Below are positions 17,771 to 27,712 of a DNA stretch of 64,000 nt, piece by piece (positions within the stretch are counted from its first letter, which is position 1; each line of letters begins with the position of its first letter). The notes beneath the pieces were generated by a model. The model had not been told where the DNA came from and searched no databases. It saw nothing but the letters and a program-made list of their open reading frames with translations. A program made the position numbers and the translations under genes. The stretch covers positions 192,001 through 256,000 of the forward strand of contig JBEKKK010000001.1 of the NCBI GenBank assembly GCA_050010755.1, given 5' to 3'. The stretch is from Candidatus Bathyarchaeia archaeon (GTDB taxonomy: Archaea > Thermoproteota > Bathyarchaeia > Bathyarchaeales > Bathycorpusculaceae).

Positions 17771-18241
17771 TCAGCTCTTGAACATACTTCCCTTAGGTTT
17801 CTGGAATTGCTCAGTGAATCTGCTGTTTTTTTCCATGTCCATAAAAATGCGGATTTTTTCAGCGTTCTTCTCGTTCAAGGCTTTTCTTACTGTTTCGAGC
17901 AGCTGCTGCGGATCGAAGGGTTTCAAGACGTAACCATCGGCGCCCTCGTTTATTGCCTTAATCGCATTGTCCACAGAGGGATATCCCGTGATGATTATTC
18001 TGATCATTCTGGGCTGCTTCGCCTTAAGCTTGCAGAGGAGATCCACTCCCTTAATATCGGGCAGCTGAATGTCAATTAAAGCGACGTCGAAAACCTCCTC
18101 CTCGACGGCTTTAAGCGCTTGCTTCCCGTTCTCCCTCGTCTCCACCACGTACCCCTCAAGAGACAAAATTGAGGAGAGAGTTTTCCTCACCGCAGCATCG
18201 TCGTCTACAACGAGGACGCTTTCATTCATCAGCCACACCAC
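17771..18241 (-). CDS. Stand-alone response regulator receiver protein
   Basis: VLVVDDD, LID, ITG, KPF. Confidence 0.92.
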   Translation of the reverse strand: MVWLMNESVLVVDDDAAVRKTLSSILSLEGYVVETRENGKQALKAVEEEVFDVALIDIQLPDIKGVDLLCKLKAKQPRMIRIIITGYPSVDNAIKAINEGADGYVLKPFDPQQLLETVRKALNEKNAEKIRIFMDMEKNSRFTEQFQKPKGSMFKS

Positions 18242-18553
18242 CCATCAATGTGAGTCTCACGTGTTTTAATTGATACTATCGTTGAATAAATCTCCTATGA
18301 AGCATCAATATGAATCAGTGTTCCTTCATAGCAAGAGATGCTAAGGGGTTGGAAAACCTTGTTTCTCGAGATAAGAGGAAGTTTACCGTAACAGCCACCA
18401 CCTTTGCGACGGCGACAAGGCTGGATCGAAAAAGAAGGTTCAGAAAAATAGAAAAAACCCATCTGGGAGACAAAATACGAAATACGGAATTTGGAACCAC
18501 AGCAGGCTGGGCAAATGGAGTCTCTTAGTCCATCTGGCCAAGAGCGCGCCGTT

Positions 18554-19048
18554 TTAGTCTAGCGCTTTCCCCCTGTACACTTGCTCCATCTTGAAGCCCA
18601 TTTTGTCGTACAGTTTTGCGGCAGCTTTGTTGTTGACTGATACCATGAGCAGGATTCTGGAATAGCCCTTTTCTCGACAAAAACTTTCAGCCTTTTCCAA
18701 AAGTGCTCTTCCAACTCCTTTGCCTCTGAATTCTTTCTCGACAAATATGTCATAGATGAACCCATGCCTCTTTCCAGTCATCATGTTGCTGCCTACCCCA
18801 ACCCAAACGTACCCAAGAAAAACGTGGCTCTCGTTCTCGGCCACGAATATCCTGTGAGTCTCTCTGTCAAAGATCTTCTGGAACAGTTCCCCCATGTGCT
18901 TGGCCCATTCTTCTTTGTCCAGCTCCCCTCTCTCACTCTCAGAAAGACTTGCCCAGCCAGTCTCAACGCCGTATTTTCTCACTAGCTGAAGATCCGATTC
19001 CTTTGCCTCTCTAATAGTCACATCCATCTGAAGCTCCTTTCTTGACAC
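18554..19048 (-). CDS. GNAT family N-acetyltransferase
   Basis: V..EFRGKGVGRALL motif A; N..A..LY.K.GF. Confidence 0.92.
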   Translation of the reverse strand: MSRKELQMDVTIREAKESDLQLVRKYGVETGWASLSESERGELDKEEWAKHMGELFQKIFDRETHRIFVAENESHVFLGYVWVGVGSNMMTGKRHGFIYDIFVEKEFRGKGVGRALLEKAESFCREKGYSRILLMVSVNNKAAAKLYDKMGFKMEQVYRGKALD

Positions 19049-19289
19049 ATACCCAAGATTTTAGAAAGCAAACAGGTTGAAGACACTTTCGGTTCTTAGG
19101 ACTTGTGGAAAGCTTGTCAATCTTGCCTCTCCTCAGATAACAACGGACGTTCGAGTCTGTATTGGGGGGGGAGCGAAAAATGTGCCGAAAGCGCAGAAAA
19201 ACGCGCACAAATTTAAAGCCCATTCGCTCAGAATGCCCAAAACATCGACACAAATCTCTTAAATAATCGCTCCTTTAATGAACCTAGAA

Positions 19290-19436
19290 GCCGGGGTAGC
19301 CTAGCCTGGCCAGGGCGCCAGACTCATAATCTGGAGAACAACAAACGGGGCAACGAAGGCGCCCGATGTCCAGAAGTCGCGGGCTCGAATCCCGCCCCAC
19401 TGACGGAGCAAGCCTCCGCCAGGGCGAACGGCACCA
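19290..19436 (+). tRNA. trnM: Elongator tRNA-Met(CAT) with two non-canonical introns: 45/46 (19337-19375) and 68/69 (19399-19428)
   Basis: GCCGGGG 5' stem; CCAGA-CTCATAA-TCTGG; removing both BHB-type introns restores the AGGTC variable loop and CCCCGGC-A-CCA. Confidence 0.88.
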
Positions 19437-19590
19437 AGCATAGTCCGCAGCTTAAAGACACAATGGCCAGGCTAAGATTAACACGAGCATTTTCCCCTGC
19501 TGCTCCCGATTTGATCATTTCTCTTGTGCTATTTGGACCAGTGCAGGGGCTTCTAAGCCTTTATATCTCTTCGCTGGGTCAAGTCACTCA

Positions 19591-20286
19591 ATGCCGTCCA
19601 AGATGGGAAAGAGATACGCAAGTGACTATACCGATGAGGAACTCCGAGCCGAAGCTCGTGAACTTGAGAGTGCCGTCACCATTCCCGTGAACATTCAGAT
19701 CCAGGCGGACCACAGAGTATTCGACCTCGGCGAAGCGGAGAGCCTTCTGAGACGGGCTAAGAAGATTGTTCTTCAAGACTGCGGCTGCCGAACTGACAAA
19801 GGAAACTGCGACGCCCCCCGACACGTCTGCATAAACCTGGAACCGACAGAGGATTACGTGAAAAAGTTCGCCAAGCACAACCCGCATGAAGCCACGCTGG
19901 ATGAAGCGCTCAAAGCCCTCAAAAAAACCCACGAAGCCGGCCTCGTCCACATGGCCTACACGATGAAGGGCGACGACCACCCCACGATAATCTGCAGCTG
20001 CTGCCCATACTGCTGCCACACTCTAGGCAGACTGCTCCGTTATGGAATAGCAACACAAGTCCTCACATCCAATTACGTGGCCGAGCAGAACCCGGAAAAA
20101 TGCGTCGGCGCCGGCCGATGCGTCGACAGATGCGTTTTCGGAGCCCGCGAACTCGACAACAGCGAACTAAAACACGACAAAACGAAATGCTTCGGATGCG
20201 GATTATGCCTTTCCACATGCCCCGCACACGCAATAACACTCGTACCCAGACAACAGAACCCACCAAGAAAACCCGACTTCAAATAA
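19591..20286 (+). CDS. 4Fe-4S dicluster ferredoxin-domain protein
   Basis: C.CR, ICSCCPYCC, CFGCGLCLSTCP. Confidence 0.88.
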   Translation: MPSKMGKRYASDYTDEELRAEARELESAVTIPVNIQIQADHRVFDLGEAESLLRRAKKIVLQDCGCRTDKGNCDAPRHVCINLEPTEDYVKKFAKHNPHEATLDEALKALKKTHEAGLVHMAYTMKGDDHPTIICSCCPYCCHTLGRLLRYGIATQVLTSNYVAEQNPEKCVGAGRCVDRCVFGARELDNSELKHDKTKCFGCGLCLSTCPAHAITLVPRQQNPPRKPDFK

Positions 20287-20316
20287 TTTCCAGACACGCA
20301 CGCAGAAAGGCGAAAA

Positions 20317-20375
20317 GCAACATCGCCGTTTACGCTGCAACATTACGTCTGGCGTAAAGAAAAAAAGGCGGGGGG
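20317..20375 (+). repeat. Dispersed repeat copy
   Basis: gcaacatcgccgtttacgctgcaacattacgtctggcgtaaagaaaaaaaggcgggggg. Confidence 0.9.
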
Positions 20376-20491
20376 CCACCGTCAACCGTTCACATCTTGT
20401 AATCCGTCACAATGTCAAACCCGAACTCACACAGAGGGGCCCACTTTAACGCACGTGCCATTTTCCAGCCCTTTTTCGGAACACGCACGAA

Positions 20492-20563
20492 CAACATGGA
20501 CACACACGTGGATCCATTACGCGAATACATTACATCGGATGTGTGTGAAAAAAAGGGAGGGGG
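20492..20563 (+). repeat. Dispersed repeat copy (degenerate 3' arm)
   Basis: caacatggacacacacgtggatccattacgcgaatacattacatcggatgtgtgtgaaaaaaagggaggggg. Confidence 0.88.
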
Positions 20564-20636
20564 CCACAGCGCATGCTGAGATTTTGTGATCCAACCTGAT
20601 GTGGGCGTCGGACAGTTTCTGTTTCGGCCCTGCACT

Positions 20637-21797
20637 TCAGGTTTCCTTAGCTATCGAAGTTGTGTTTCTGGTTGACAGTTCCAGCTGGTCGCCAAAGCCC
20701 TTCTTGACATAAACGTTCTTGATGACTACTCTGTCGCCGACGTTCAAGTCTTTCACCGAATCCGCATGGTTTCGCCACGCCGAAACCCAAATCCTGCCCG
20801 TCTCGTCCTTCAACTCGAAAGTAGCCAACTTCAGAACCTCCTGCTTCGAAGTTTTCACTTCCCTAACCAGGGGCCTCGTCGCAACTTCACCCAAAACGTT
20901 GATCTGACCAGCACCCTCCTTCAAACTCGCAAAGGGCGAAAACTCTGAAAAATCCTGAACACCAACAAAAGTTGCCGAGTCAACATGAACCTCCACTCCT
21001 CCAGCAGACGCCTTCTTAACCTTCCCATTCACTACCTGCAATCCGCCGCCCATCTTAACCAGATTCGCAACCTCGTCAACCTTCTCGTTCCAAACCACCA
21101 CAGCCACTTCACCAGAACCATCCGACAAGAAGAACCTCATGACCTTGCCAACGCTTGAATCCGACCTCTCAAACTCCGACACCGAACCCAAACGCCTGAC
21201 AGTCCCAGCCAGGTTCACCCTGGAGCTGTTAGGAACGGCCTTCGACAGCTCGCCAATCCTCGTCGTAAACTTGTCGATCGAAGGATAACCCTTCGAACCC
21301 ACATCCTCCGGATTAACCTCGACAACGCTCTTCTCCCCAACGTGCACCTCCACCTTACCACCGAAATCCTCACGAGTGTAGCCGTGACGAAAACGAACCA
21401 CATCACCAACCTTCACCCTGCCAGGCTCTGCTAGAACGGCCTTGTCATTCCACAACACCACCCGCAGAACCCCGCTCTCATCAGCGATGAGCAAGCCTGC
21501 AAACCTTCCTTTCTTGAGGCCGCCGAAAGCTCGCGGAGAAAAAACAGCGACAACCCGCCCCACAATGCTCACATTATTCAGGCCGGGAATCAAATCAGCC
21601 ACCAACAGAACATGCACTGCAGCCTCGCCAACCGGAAAGTCGCACCCAAACCCAGCCGCAATCATCCTCAGAAGAGCCTCATCCGAAATCAGGCCGCCAG
21701 CCCTACTCCTCTCCACCTCCAACCTCTCCAGAACAGACTCCCTCGAAACCCCAGGACAACACGAAAGAATACGCTCAACCATCTCGTCAAACAACAT
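20637..21797 (-). CDS. rpa: Replication protein A / multi-OB-fold ssDNA-binding protein
   Basis: Three OB folds with D.SG...V.W motifs; N-terminal GGLISDEA domain. Confidence 0.88.
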   Translation of the reverse strand: MLFDEMVERILSCCPGVSRESVLERLEVERSRAGGLISDEALLRMIAAGFGCDFPVGEAAVHVLLVADLIPGLNNVSIVGRVVAVFSPRAFGGLKKGRFAGLLIADESGVLRVVLWNDKAVLAEPGRVKVGDVVRFRHGYTREDFGGKVEVHVGEKSVVEVNPEDVGSKGYPSIDKFTTRIGELSKAVPNSSRVNLAGTVRRLGSVSEFERSDSSVGKVMRFFLSDGSGEVAVVVWNEKVDEVANLVKMGGGLQVVNGKVKKASAGGVEVHVDSATFVGVQDFSEFSPFASLKEGAGQINVLGEVATRPLVREVKTSKQEVLKLATFELKDETGRIWVSAWRNHADSVKDLNVGDRVVIKNVYVKKGFGDQLELSTRNTTSIAKET

Positions 21798-21895
21798 CTC
21801 TGCTTCAACACTGCAAAAATAAAATCACAGACTCTATAAAGCTTATCAAAAACAGTGGCTGACTCTAAACATCAACAGGAGCCCAACCCAGAAAA

Positions 21896-22159
21896 ATGAC
21901 CCTCGAAACCCTCTACAGCATAGGCACAGCGCTGACCCTAGCCGGAATGCTAATAATGATAGTCGCAACCGTGCTCCTCCTTCTTTCAAAGAAGGGAAAA
22001 ACAGGGAAAACCAGAGGCGGTGGAGTGATATTAATCGGGCCAATCCCCATAATCTTCGGCACAGACAAACAATCACTCAAAACAATCCTACTGCTCTCAA
22101 TAGTCCTCACGACACTCCTCATAGCACTGGTCATAATCCTGTATTTCCTGAACAAATAG
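21896..22159 (+). CDS. DUF131 (TIGR00304) membrane protein
   Basis: GGGVILIGPIPIIFGTD. Confidence 0.88.
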   Translation: MTLETLYSIGTALTLAGMLIMIVATVLLLLSKKGKTGKTRGGGVILIGPIPIIFGTDKQSLKTILLLSIVLTTLLIALVIILYFLNK

Positions 22160-22168
22160 TTCTGGAGC

Positions 22169-22471
22169 GTGAAGCAAATGCCCGAAACATCCGAACCCGT
22201 CGACGAAAACGCGCCACGAAATTTCCTAGCTATCTTCATCCTCGGATTCTCAATGACCCTCGTTGGCCTGATTCTCATCACAGTCGCTGCCACAGTCTCC
22301 GGAGGCGGCTCAACTAGTTCTGGAGGAATCATATTCATCGGCCCAATCCCGATAGTATTCGGCGCCGGTCCCGGAGCATCTTGGCTGATTCTGTTCGCTA
22401 CAGTTCTGGCAGTCCTAAGCGTCATAGCGTTTCTGATCTTGCACAGAAGGCCAGGCATCGCGCGGCTCTAG
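22169..22471 (+). CDS. DUF131 membrane protein, tandem paralog
   Basis: GGIIFIGPIPIVFG. Confidence 0.85.
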   Translation: MKQMPETSEPVDENAPRNFLAIFILGFSMTLVGLILITVAATVSGGGSTSSGGIIFIGPIPIVFGAGPGASWLILFATVLAVLSVIAFLILHRRPGIARL

Positions 22472-22628
22472 GCTTCTTCCTTTTCCTCTTTGGCGAAAAG
22501 CATGTACAGGAAAACCAAGCCCAAAGCGATCAAAGTTGCAATTATCATGACGTATTGAAGCAGGACGAAGTACTCGCCTATTTGCACGCGCACAGCCTCC
22601 TTTTGACACTCTATCAGAGTTTAAATAT

Positions 22629-23039
22629 TTAAACCGTAGCCTTTTTCCACTCGTTCATGAGCGAATCGTAAAGCTCATCGTGCTCTTCAATGCCCTCATA
22701 CCAGCCTAGAGCCTTAGCCAGCTTCTGCGCGATGAGATGATAACACAGATGAACCTTCCTGTCCACGACTCGAAAATAGAAATCGTCACACGTGCAGAAC
22801 TCAGCCTCAGCCATGATCAAGTAGTCCCGCTCCTTCCCAACCACTATCCAAACATTCCTGCCGCTCGGCCTGAAAACGTACTTCTTCACCCGATTTTCCT
22901 TCAAAGCCTCAAACGACCTAGTGAAACGCTGCCCAAAAACATCGAAAAGCTTAGTCAAATCTCCGCCGGTAAGTTTGCCCTCTGCCTTAGCTTCCTTGCA
23001 AACGGCAAGCAGCAGTTCATTCTCAGATTCTAGATCCAT
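22629..23039 (-). CDS. SWIM zinc-finger protein
   Basis: FCTCDDF.......CYH. Confidence 0.88.
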   Translation of the reverse strand: MDLESENELLLAVCKEAKAEGKLTGGDLTKLFDVFGQRFTRSFEALKENRVKKYVFRPSGRNVWIVVGKERDYLIMAEAEFCTCDDFYFRVVDRKVHLCYHLIAQKLAKALGWYEGIEEHDELYDSLMNEWKKATV

Positions 23040-23082
23040 AACACATGAACTATCCAAAAATCCACGCCACTCAAGCACAAAG

Positions 23083-23682
23083 CTACTCTATGTTTATCGG
23101 CTCGCCCTCGGGCGGCTTCCCATCCTTTGCCTTCGGCAACGTGACCTCCAGAACACCATTCTTGTACTGCGACCTCGCCTCGCGAACCCTGACTTTCACG
23201 GGCAACGAGACCTCCTTGAAGTACTTGTGCTGAGGACTGTCAACCAAAATCGTGAGAGTGTCTTCCGTTCCGCTCAGCCTAATCTCCTTCTTCTCAACCC
23301 CCGGCAGCTCGGCCACAACCTGAATTTCACCATTCGCCTCAACCACGTCCACAAGAGGCTCACGCTCCTCCTGCACGTGAGGAAGCCCATTTCTCCTAGG
23401 CTTCACGTTTCCAAACTCGCGGATTTCAGGCTTCCCATCGGGACCGACCTTCATGCTGTAACCGTAAACGAAAGGCCCAAACTCCCGCGACGTCGAACCG
23501 TCAGGCAGCTTACGTTCCCTCACGTACTCCTTCGGAACCCGCGAGGCAAAATCCTTGAACTCCTCTTCCATCATCTTCTCCATCTCTTCGAAAATTTTAT
23601 CAACGTCATCAAAGCCCAAGTCTCTGAAGAACGGAGAACGTCTACTCCTGTGCCACCCCGAAGAATCATCATCCGAAGACAT
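23083..23682 (-). CDS. hsp20: Archaeal small heat-shock protein Hsp20
   Basis: GPFVYGYS..VGPDGKP.IREFGN; ELPGV; YKNGVLEV.LPK. Confidence 0.95.
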   Translation of the reverse strand: MSSDDDSSGWHRSRRSPFFRDLGFDDVDKIFEEMEKMMEEEFKDFASRVPKEYVRERKLPDGSTSREFGPFVYGYSMKVGPDGKPEIREFGNVKPRRNGLPHVQEEREPLVDVVEANGEIQVVAELPGVEKKEIRLSGTEDTLTILVDSPQHKYFKEVSLPVKVRVREARSQYKNGVLEVTLPKAKDGKPPEGEPINIE

Positions 23683-23921
23683 AACAACCGCCACCACTTT
23701 TAGCATAGAACGCGTTTATCTATAAACATTACGCGCACGACAAAGCAAATCTTCCCCCGAAACCTATGCTGGCCGTCCCGCTCACATCCTTAACTCCAAC
23801 AGATGACTGGACAACCACAGGGCCACGCAAGCCACAGCCAAAAAACCAGACCGAGGACATCAAACACCGCAATCCAAAGAACTTGAGAACAAGAACGCTG
23901 GATTACAGGTATCTCCCCAAC

Positions 23922-23996
23922 CAACATTGAAAACTTACATTGCAACATTACATTGCAACATTACATCTGATGTAAAGAAAAAAAAGGGAGGGAGGG
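23922..23996 (+). repeat. Dispersed repeat copy with duplicated 13-bp unit
   Basis: caacattgaaaacttacattgcaacattacattgcaacattacatctgatgtaaagaaaaaaaagggagggaggg. Confidence 0.95.
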
Positions 23997-24072
23997 CCGA
24001 CACCGCCTAAATCTGCAGAACACACTTACACCCACTCAAAGACAGGAAGAAACCAGCGCCAACGATGAAGGT

Positions 24073-24915
24073 TCAACTCAAAGCTCTGAGCTGCTCAATC
24101 GTTCCCAGCAACGTTCCGTCAAGCAGGTACGCCTCAGCAGCCCTCATGTCAACGGCATCCGACCTAAGAACCGGACCAGTCACCATCTCAGCCTTGCCTC
24201 CAGACGGTCTCCTCTCATTCAACGGTCTACCACCCAAGAAATCGTTAAAAGAAGGCATTATGAAAAGCTGCGAAGCCCTGGGCTTCATTCCATAAATTTC
24301 AGCGAAAGCATCCTGCCCGCCAGCCCCAACCTTCACCCCGTGCTTCTGCAATAGAACCTTAGAAAGCCTGCCCCCATCACAACTTGCCCGAACCCAAACC
24401 TGCCTAGTCACTCTGAACCCCGCAGGGTCACGGAACCCCACAACTGGATGAACATGCCCCATCACCAACGTCCTGCATTTCAGAATATCCGGCGAAGGCC
24501 ACTGGTGCCCATGAAAAAAACCCACGTCATCGAACGCCACACCGGTTGCAGGCAGCACCCTTATTCCCTCGGGCAACAACGGCTCCAAGTTTCCATCGTG
24601 GTTGCCTCGAATGATGGATACTCGTTCCACACGACTCCTCAAGACGTTAAAGAAGTCAGGGACATCATGCCACTCCATCTTCTCCGCCGTCGCAACCGTG
24701 TGCTTCACGTCGCCCAACACAAGCACTTCATCCGGCCCGTACTCAGAAACCAACCCAATAAGCTTCTTCAGAAGCTTCGACGACTGCGACGGAACATGAA
24801 TGCCCTCGCCTGAAAGAGACATCTCCCACCCCAGATGCAGATCAGCCACGGCCAAAAGCCTCGTTCCACGCGATTTCAGAAGCGCAGCCGGATAAGGCGG
24901 CAGAGGCGTTATCAT
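24073..24915 (-). CDS. Metallophosphoesterase (calcineurin-like, archaeal SbcD-related)
   Basis: DLHLG, GDVKH, GNHD, HGH, GHVHP. Confidence 0.9.
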   Translation of the reverse strand: MITPLPPYPAALLKSRGTRLLAVADLHLGWEMSLSGEGIHVPSQSSKLLKKLIGLVSEYGPDEVLVLGDVKHTVATAEKMEWHDVPDFFNVLRSRVERVSIIRGNHDGNLEPLLPEGIRVLPATGVAFDDVGFFHGHQWPSPDILKCRTLVMGHVHPVVGFRDPAGFRVTRQVWVRASCDGGRLSKVLLQKHGVKVGAGGQDAFAEIYGMKPRASQLFIMPSFNDFLGGRPLNERRPSGGKAEMVTGPVLRSDAVDMRAAEAYLLDGTLLGTIEQLRALS

Positions 24916-25748
24916 TCTTTTTCCTTTCCAGGCTTTACCAAATCGATTATCCTCTGATGCATTTCAGCGTTGGCAGCGGCTACGAACTCGACCTTCTGCC
25001 CCGGATCCAACTTCGCATCCAAGGGCTTCCCACCGGAAGTCGTCAACACCGCACCTGCTTCCTTCACAATCAAGCACGCAGCGGCCACATCCGTCGTGCG
25101 AAGCTTTCCACGAATGTCGATAAAGGCATCCGTTGACCCGTCCGCCACGTAGCACAGCTCCAGGGCGTTTGCTCCAAAATGGCGAATGTGCTTCGTTTTC
25201 TTAATCAAACCCGTCAGCCTTGGAGCAATCTCATCCACTTTGTAGCTATTCAGATCCAAACCCAGCACGGCCTCTTCAAGCGAGACGTTCTCAGACGGAT
25301 AGATTTTTTCGTCGCCACGACAGGAGCCCCTACCCTTCTGAGCCGTGTACGTCACATCATGGAACAAATCAGCCACCAAAGCACAGTGCACATCTTCCAA
25401 GAACGGTCTCCCTGACACTGCAACAGATGTTGCATAAAAAGGAAGTCTCCTCATCAAGTTTGTCGTACCATCGATGGGGTCAACAGTCACGAAGCACTCT
25501 CCAGGCTCCTCCCCATGTTCTCGAACGCCTGATTCCTCGCTTATCAACGTGAAAGAGATCCCTCGCCCGGTCAACGCCGTGACGATCGCATTCTCAGCCG
25601 CCAAGTCTATCCTTTTGATCGGATCGCCGCCTGCACCGATACCCAAGTCAGGCTGAGGTTCGTCCAACGTCTCGAGTAAAGGTGCGATTTGCTCCCGTAT
25701 CCGGTCCTTGCACTCCACCAAAATTCGCATCCAATCATACTGCCTCAT
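24912..25748 (-). CDS. Inositol monophosphatase / FBPase (class IV)
   Basis: SEE, DPIDGTTN, R..GA.AL, D.AA motifs. Confidence 0.9.
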   Translation of the reverse strand: MRQYDWMRILVECKDRIREQIAPLLETLDEPQPDLGIGAGGDPIKRIDLAAENAIVTALTGRGISFTLISEESGVREHGEEPGECFVTVDPIDGTTNLMRRLPFYATSVAVSGRPFLEDVHCALVADLFHDVTYTAQKGRGSCRGDEKIYPSENVSLEEAVLGLDLNSYKVDEIAPRLTGLIKKTKHIRHFGANALELCYVADGSTDAFIDIRGKLRTTDVAAACLIVKEAGAVLTTSGGKPLDAKLDPGQKVEFVAAANAEMHQRIIDLVKPGKEKE

Positions 25749-25953
25749 CAAAGCTCTCCATTCCTGCATACAACTACTTTCGTTAAAGCCTTTGCTGAAG
25801 GCGACCCGCCGCTCAAGAACCTTTAGCGTCGAAATCCTAGCCCCCGCACAAGATAACATTGACGTGAAAGATTACTCTAGAAAAAACTTCTCGAAGATAA
25901 CATCAGAAAGACTTTAAACGCATACACTCAATGAGTCACTGCTGGACCTGCAG

Positions 25954-26172
25954 ATGGCTTTCAAGATTGCCGGAGTTCTCGAGATGCTAAGCGACGGAGA
26001 ATGGCACGCTCTGCAGACGATTCGAAGGAGAATGAAGCTTAACAGAGATCAGAGCCAGCAAATTGCATTGTTTCTTGAAGAATACGAATTCGTGACATTT
26101 GATCAGACGAAAACCAAGATCAGAATCAAAGAAGACGTTCGAGAATTCCTGGTCAAAGATGCTACTTCATGA
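25954..26172 (+). CDS. Small winged-helix protein
   Basis: L.DGEWH pattern; HTH-like. Confidence 0.65.
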   Translation: MAFKIAGVLEMLSDGEWHALQTIRRRMKLNRDQSQQIALFLEEYEFVTFDQTKTKIRIKEDVREFLVKDATS

Positions 26173-26446
26173 GGGCTTTCAAACCCTTATAGGCTTTCAA
26201 GAATTCTCTGCCCTTCTCTGTAATTTCGAACATCGTATTGTCGGATTTGCCTGTTTGATGGTTCAGCTGTAACATTCTGTTCCCAAGCAGAAAATGCGAG
26301 TAGCCCTTCAATTGTTTAAAGCTCAGGTTACAGCGGTACATCAAACTGGTCTTCCCAGCGCCTCCGTAAGAAGCATCAAGTATGTCGGCGATGATGTCGA
26401 AATTTCCACGATGGTTCGCGCTGATTCTTTCTTCAGGCTCAATCAA
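26162..26446 (-). CDS. Winged-helix regulator (HTH_45/COG3432-like)
   Basis: DII.DIL......KT.LMY..NLSF.....Y...L ... ITEKG..FL. Confidence 0.85.
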   Translation of the reverse strand: MIEPEERISANHRGNFDIIADILDASYGGAGKTSLMYRCNLSFKQLKGYSHFLLGNRMLQLNHQTGKSDNTMFEITEKGREFLKAYKGLKALMK

Positions 26447-26825
26447 TTAACTCACCAGTGCACATCTTCAAGGAGCCGTTCGAAACCCTTTTCTCCCATT
26501 AGATAATGGGACGAACCGAAATTTAAACGTTCTGAAAACTTAAAAAACACAGAAGCCAGGTCGAAAATCTCCATCCGCAAAGGAAAACTCAGATTAGACC
26601 TTCATTTTGTGAGGAGAGGGTCATCGACGGTCCAATGGATAATCTGGAACCCGCTCCCCTCTACAGCCTTGCCCTTCTCCCTCTCGCAAGACTGTATTCT
26701 CCGCAGGAACAGATTTAAGAATTATGGAATCTTGTTCTATTTTCAGTGCAAAGCCCAAACATCAAACAACTGCAGCCCCAAAAGTCAAGCCGCATGCAAT
26801 ATCAAGGCGAAGTCCGAAACAGCAG

Positions 26826-27497
26826 TCAAGGCAGACTGGACAGCTTTGTGGCCTTGAAGACTTCACAATACTTGCCTTTTCCTGTCAATGCTCCTCGGTA
26901 TCTGGCCAAGCCTTCGAAGGCTTCATCGTATCGAGCATTCTTCATCTGTGACTCATGCTTCCTCAAAGCAGCGACTTTCTTGTCGATAAAACTCGAAACG
27001 TCTTCCACATATTCGAAGTCTAAAAGAGGCGTCCAGACTTCATAAGTCAACACGGTCTCGGTGGGCCAGGGAGGTCCTGTGTATTCCTGAAACAATCGTG
27101 CACTGGCTCTTATCAATGCCTCATTCACTAGCTGAAAAGTCGCTCTGTGATCCTGATGGCCATCAGATGCGTGATGAACATAAACCAAGTTGGGCTGCTT
27201 CTTTCTTATCAGCTCAACCAGCTTCTTCAGGTTGGCCTGATCATATTGCAGATAACCATCTGGGTTTTTCAGAAAGGTTAGATCCTGGAAACCGATAATC
27301 TGAGCGGCGTTCTTTGCTTCTTCTTCCCTTATTCTTGATAGTTCCTCTTTGGAGTGATCCAGGCTGCCTGCTTCTCCAGAAGTCATGTAACAAGCGGAGA
27401 CCTGATTTCCCAGTTTGACGTGTTTCGCCAAACTGCCGCCGCACCCTATTATGTCGTCGTCAGGATGCGCTGCAAAAACCAGTAGGCGTTTTATCAT
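26826..27497 (-). CDS. PIG-L family deacetylase
   Basis: AHPDD..IG.GG, R.EE, H.DH, H.SQ. Confidence 0.92.
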   Translation of the reverse strand: MIKRLLVFAAHPDDDIIGCGGSLAKHVKLGNQVSACYMTSGEAGSLDHSKEELSRIREEEAKNAAQIIGFQDLTFLKNPDGYLQYDQANLKKLVELIRKKQPNLVYVHHASDGHQDHRATFQLVNEALIRASARLFQEYTGPPWPTETVLTYEVWTPLLDFEYVEDVSSFIDKKVAALRKHESQMKNARYDEAFEGLARYRGALTGKGKYCEVFKATKLSSLP

Positions 27498-27656
27498 ACA
27501 CCTGCGTTAGCCGCCATTTCTATTAAACATTTATGCAACGCTCTCAGATCCAGCACCTATAAGTTACATCCGAATCATAATCGCCGGCGAACTTGTGTAT
27601 GTATGAGTTTGGCTTCGCCAGACTCTGGCAGACGTAGTCTTTTTTTGAGTCTGGTT

Positions 27657-27712
27657 CCCCCTTCTCTGTTGGTAACAACCGTGGTAATGTTGTGTGGTAA
27701 CAATTCGTGTTG
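27657..27712 (-). repeat. Degenerate reverse-strand copy of the dispersed repeat
   Basis: Reverse complement caacacgaattgttaccacacaacattaccacggttgttaccaacagagaaggggg keeps the CAACA..TTAC-N4-CAACATTAC-N7-GT.A..G-run spacing. Confidence 0.6.
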
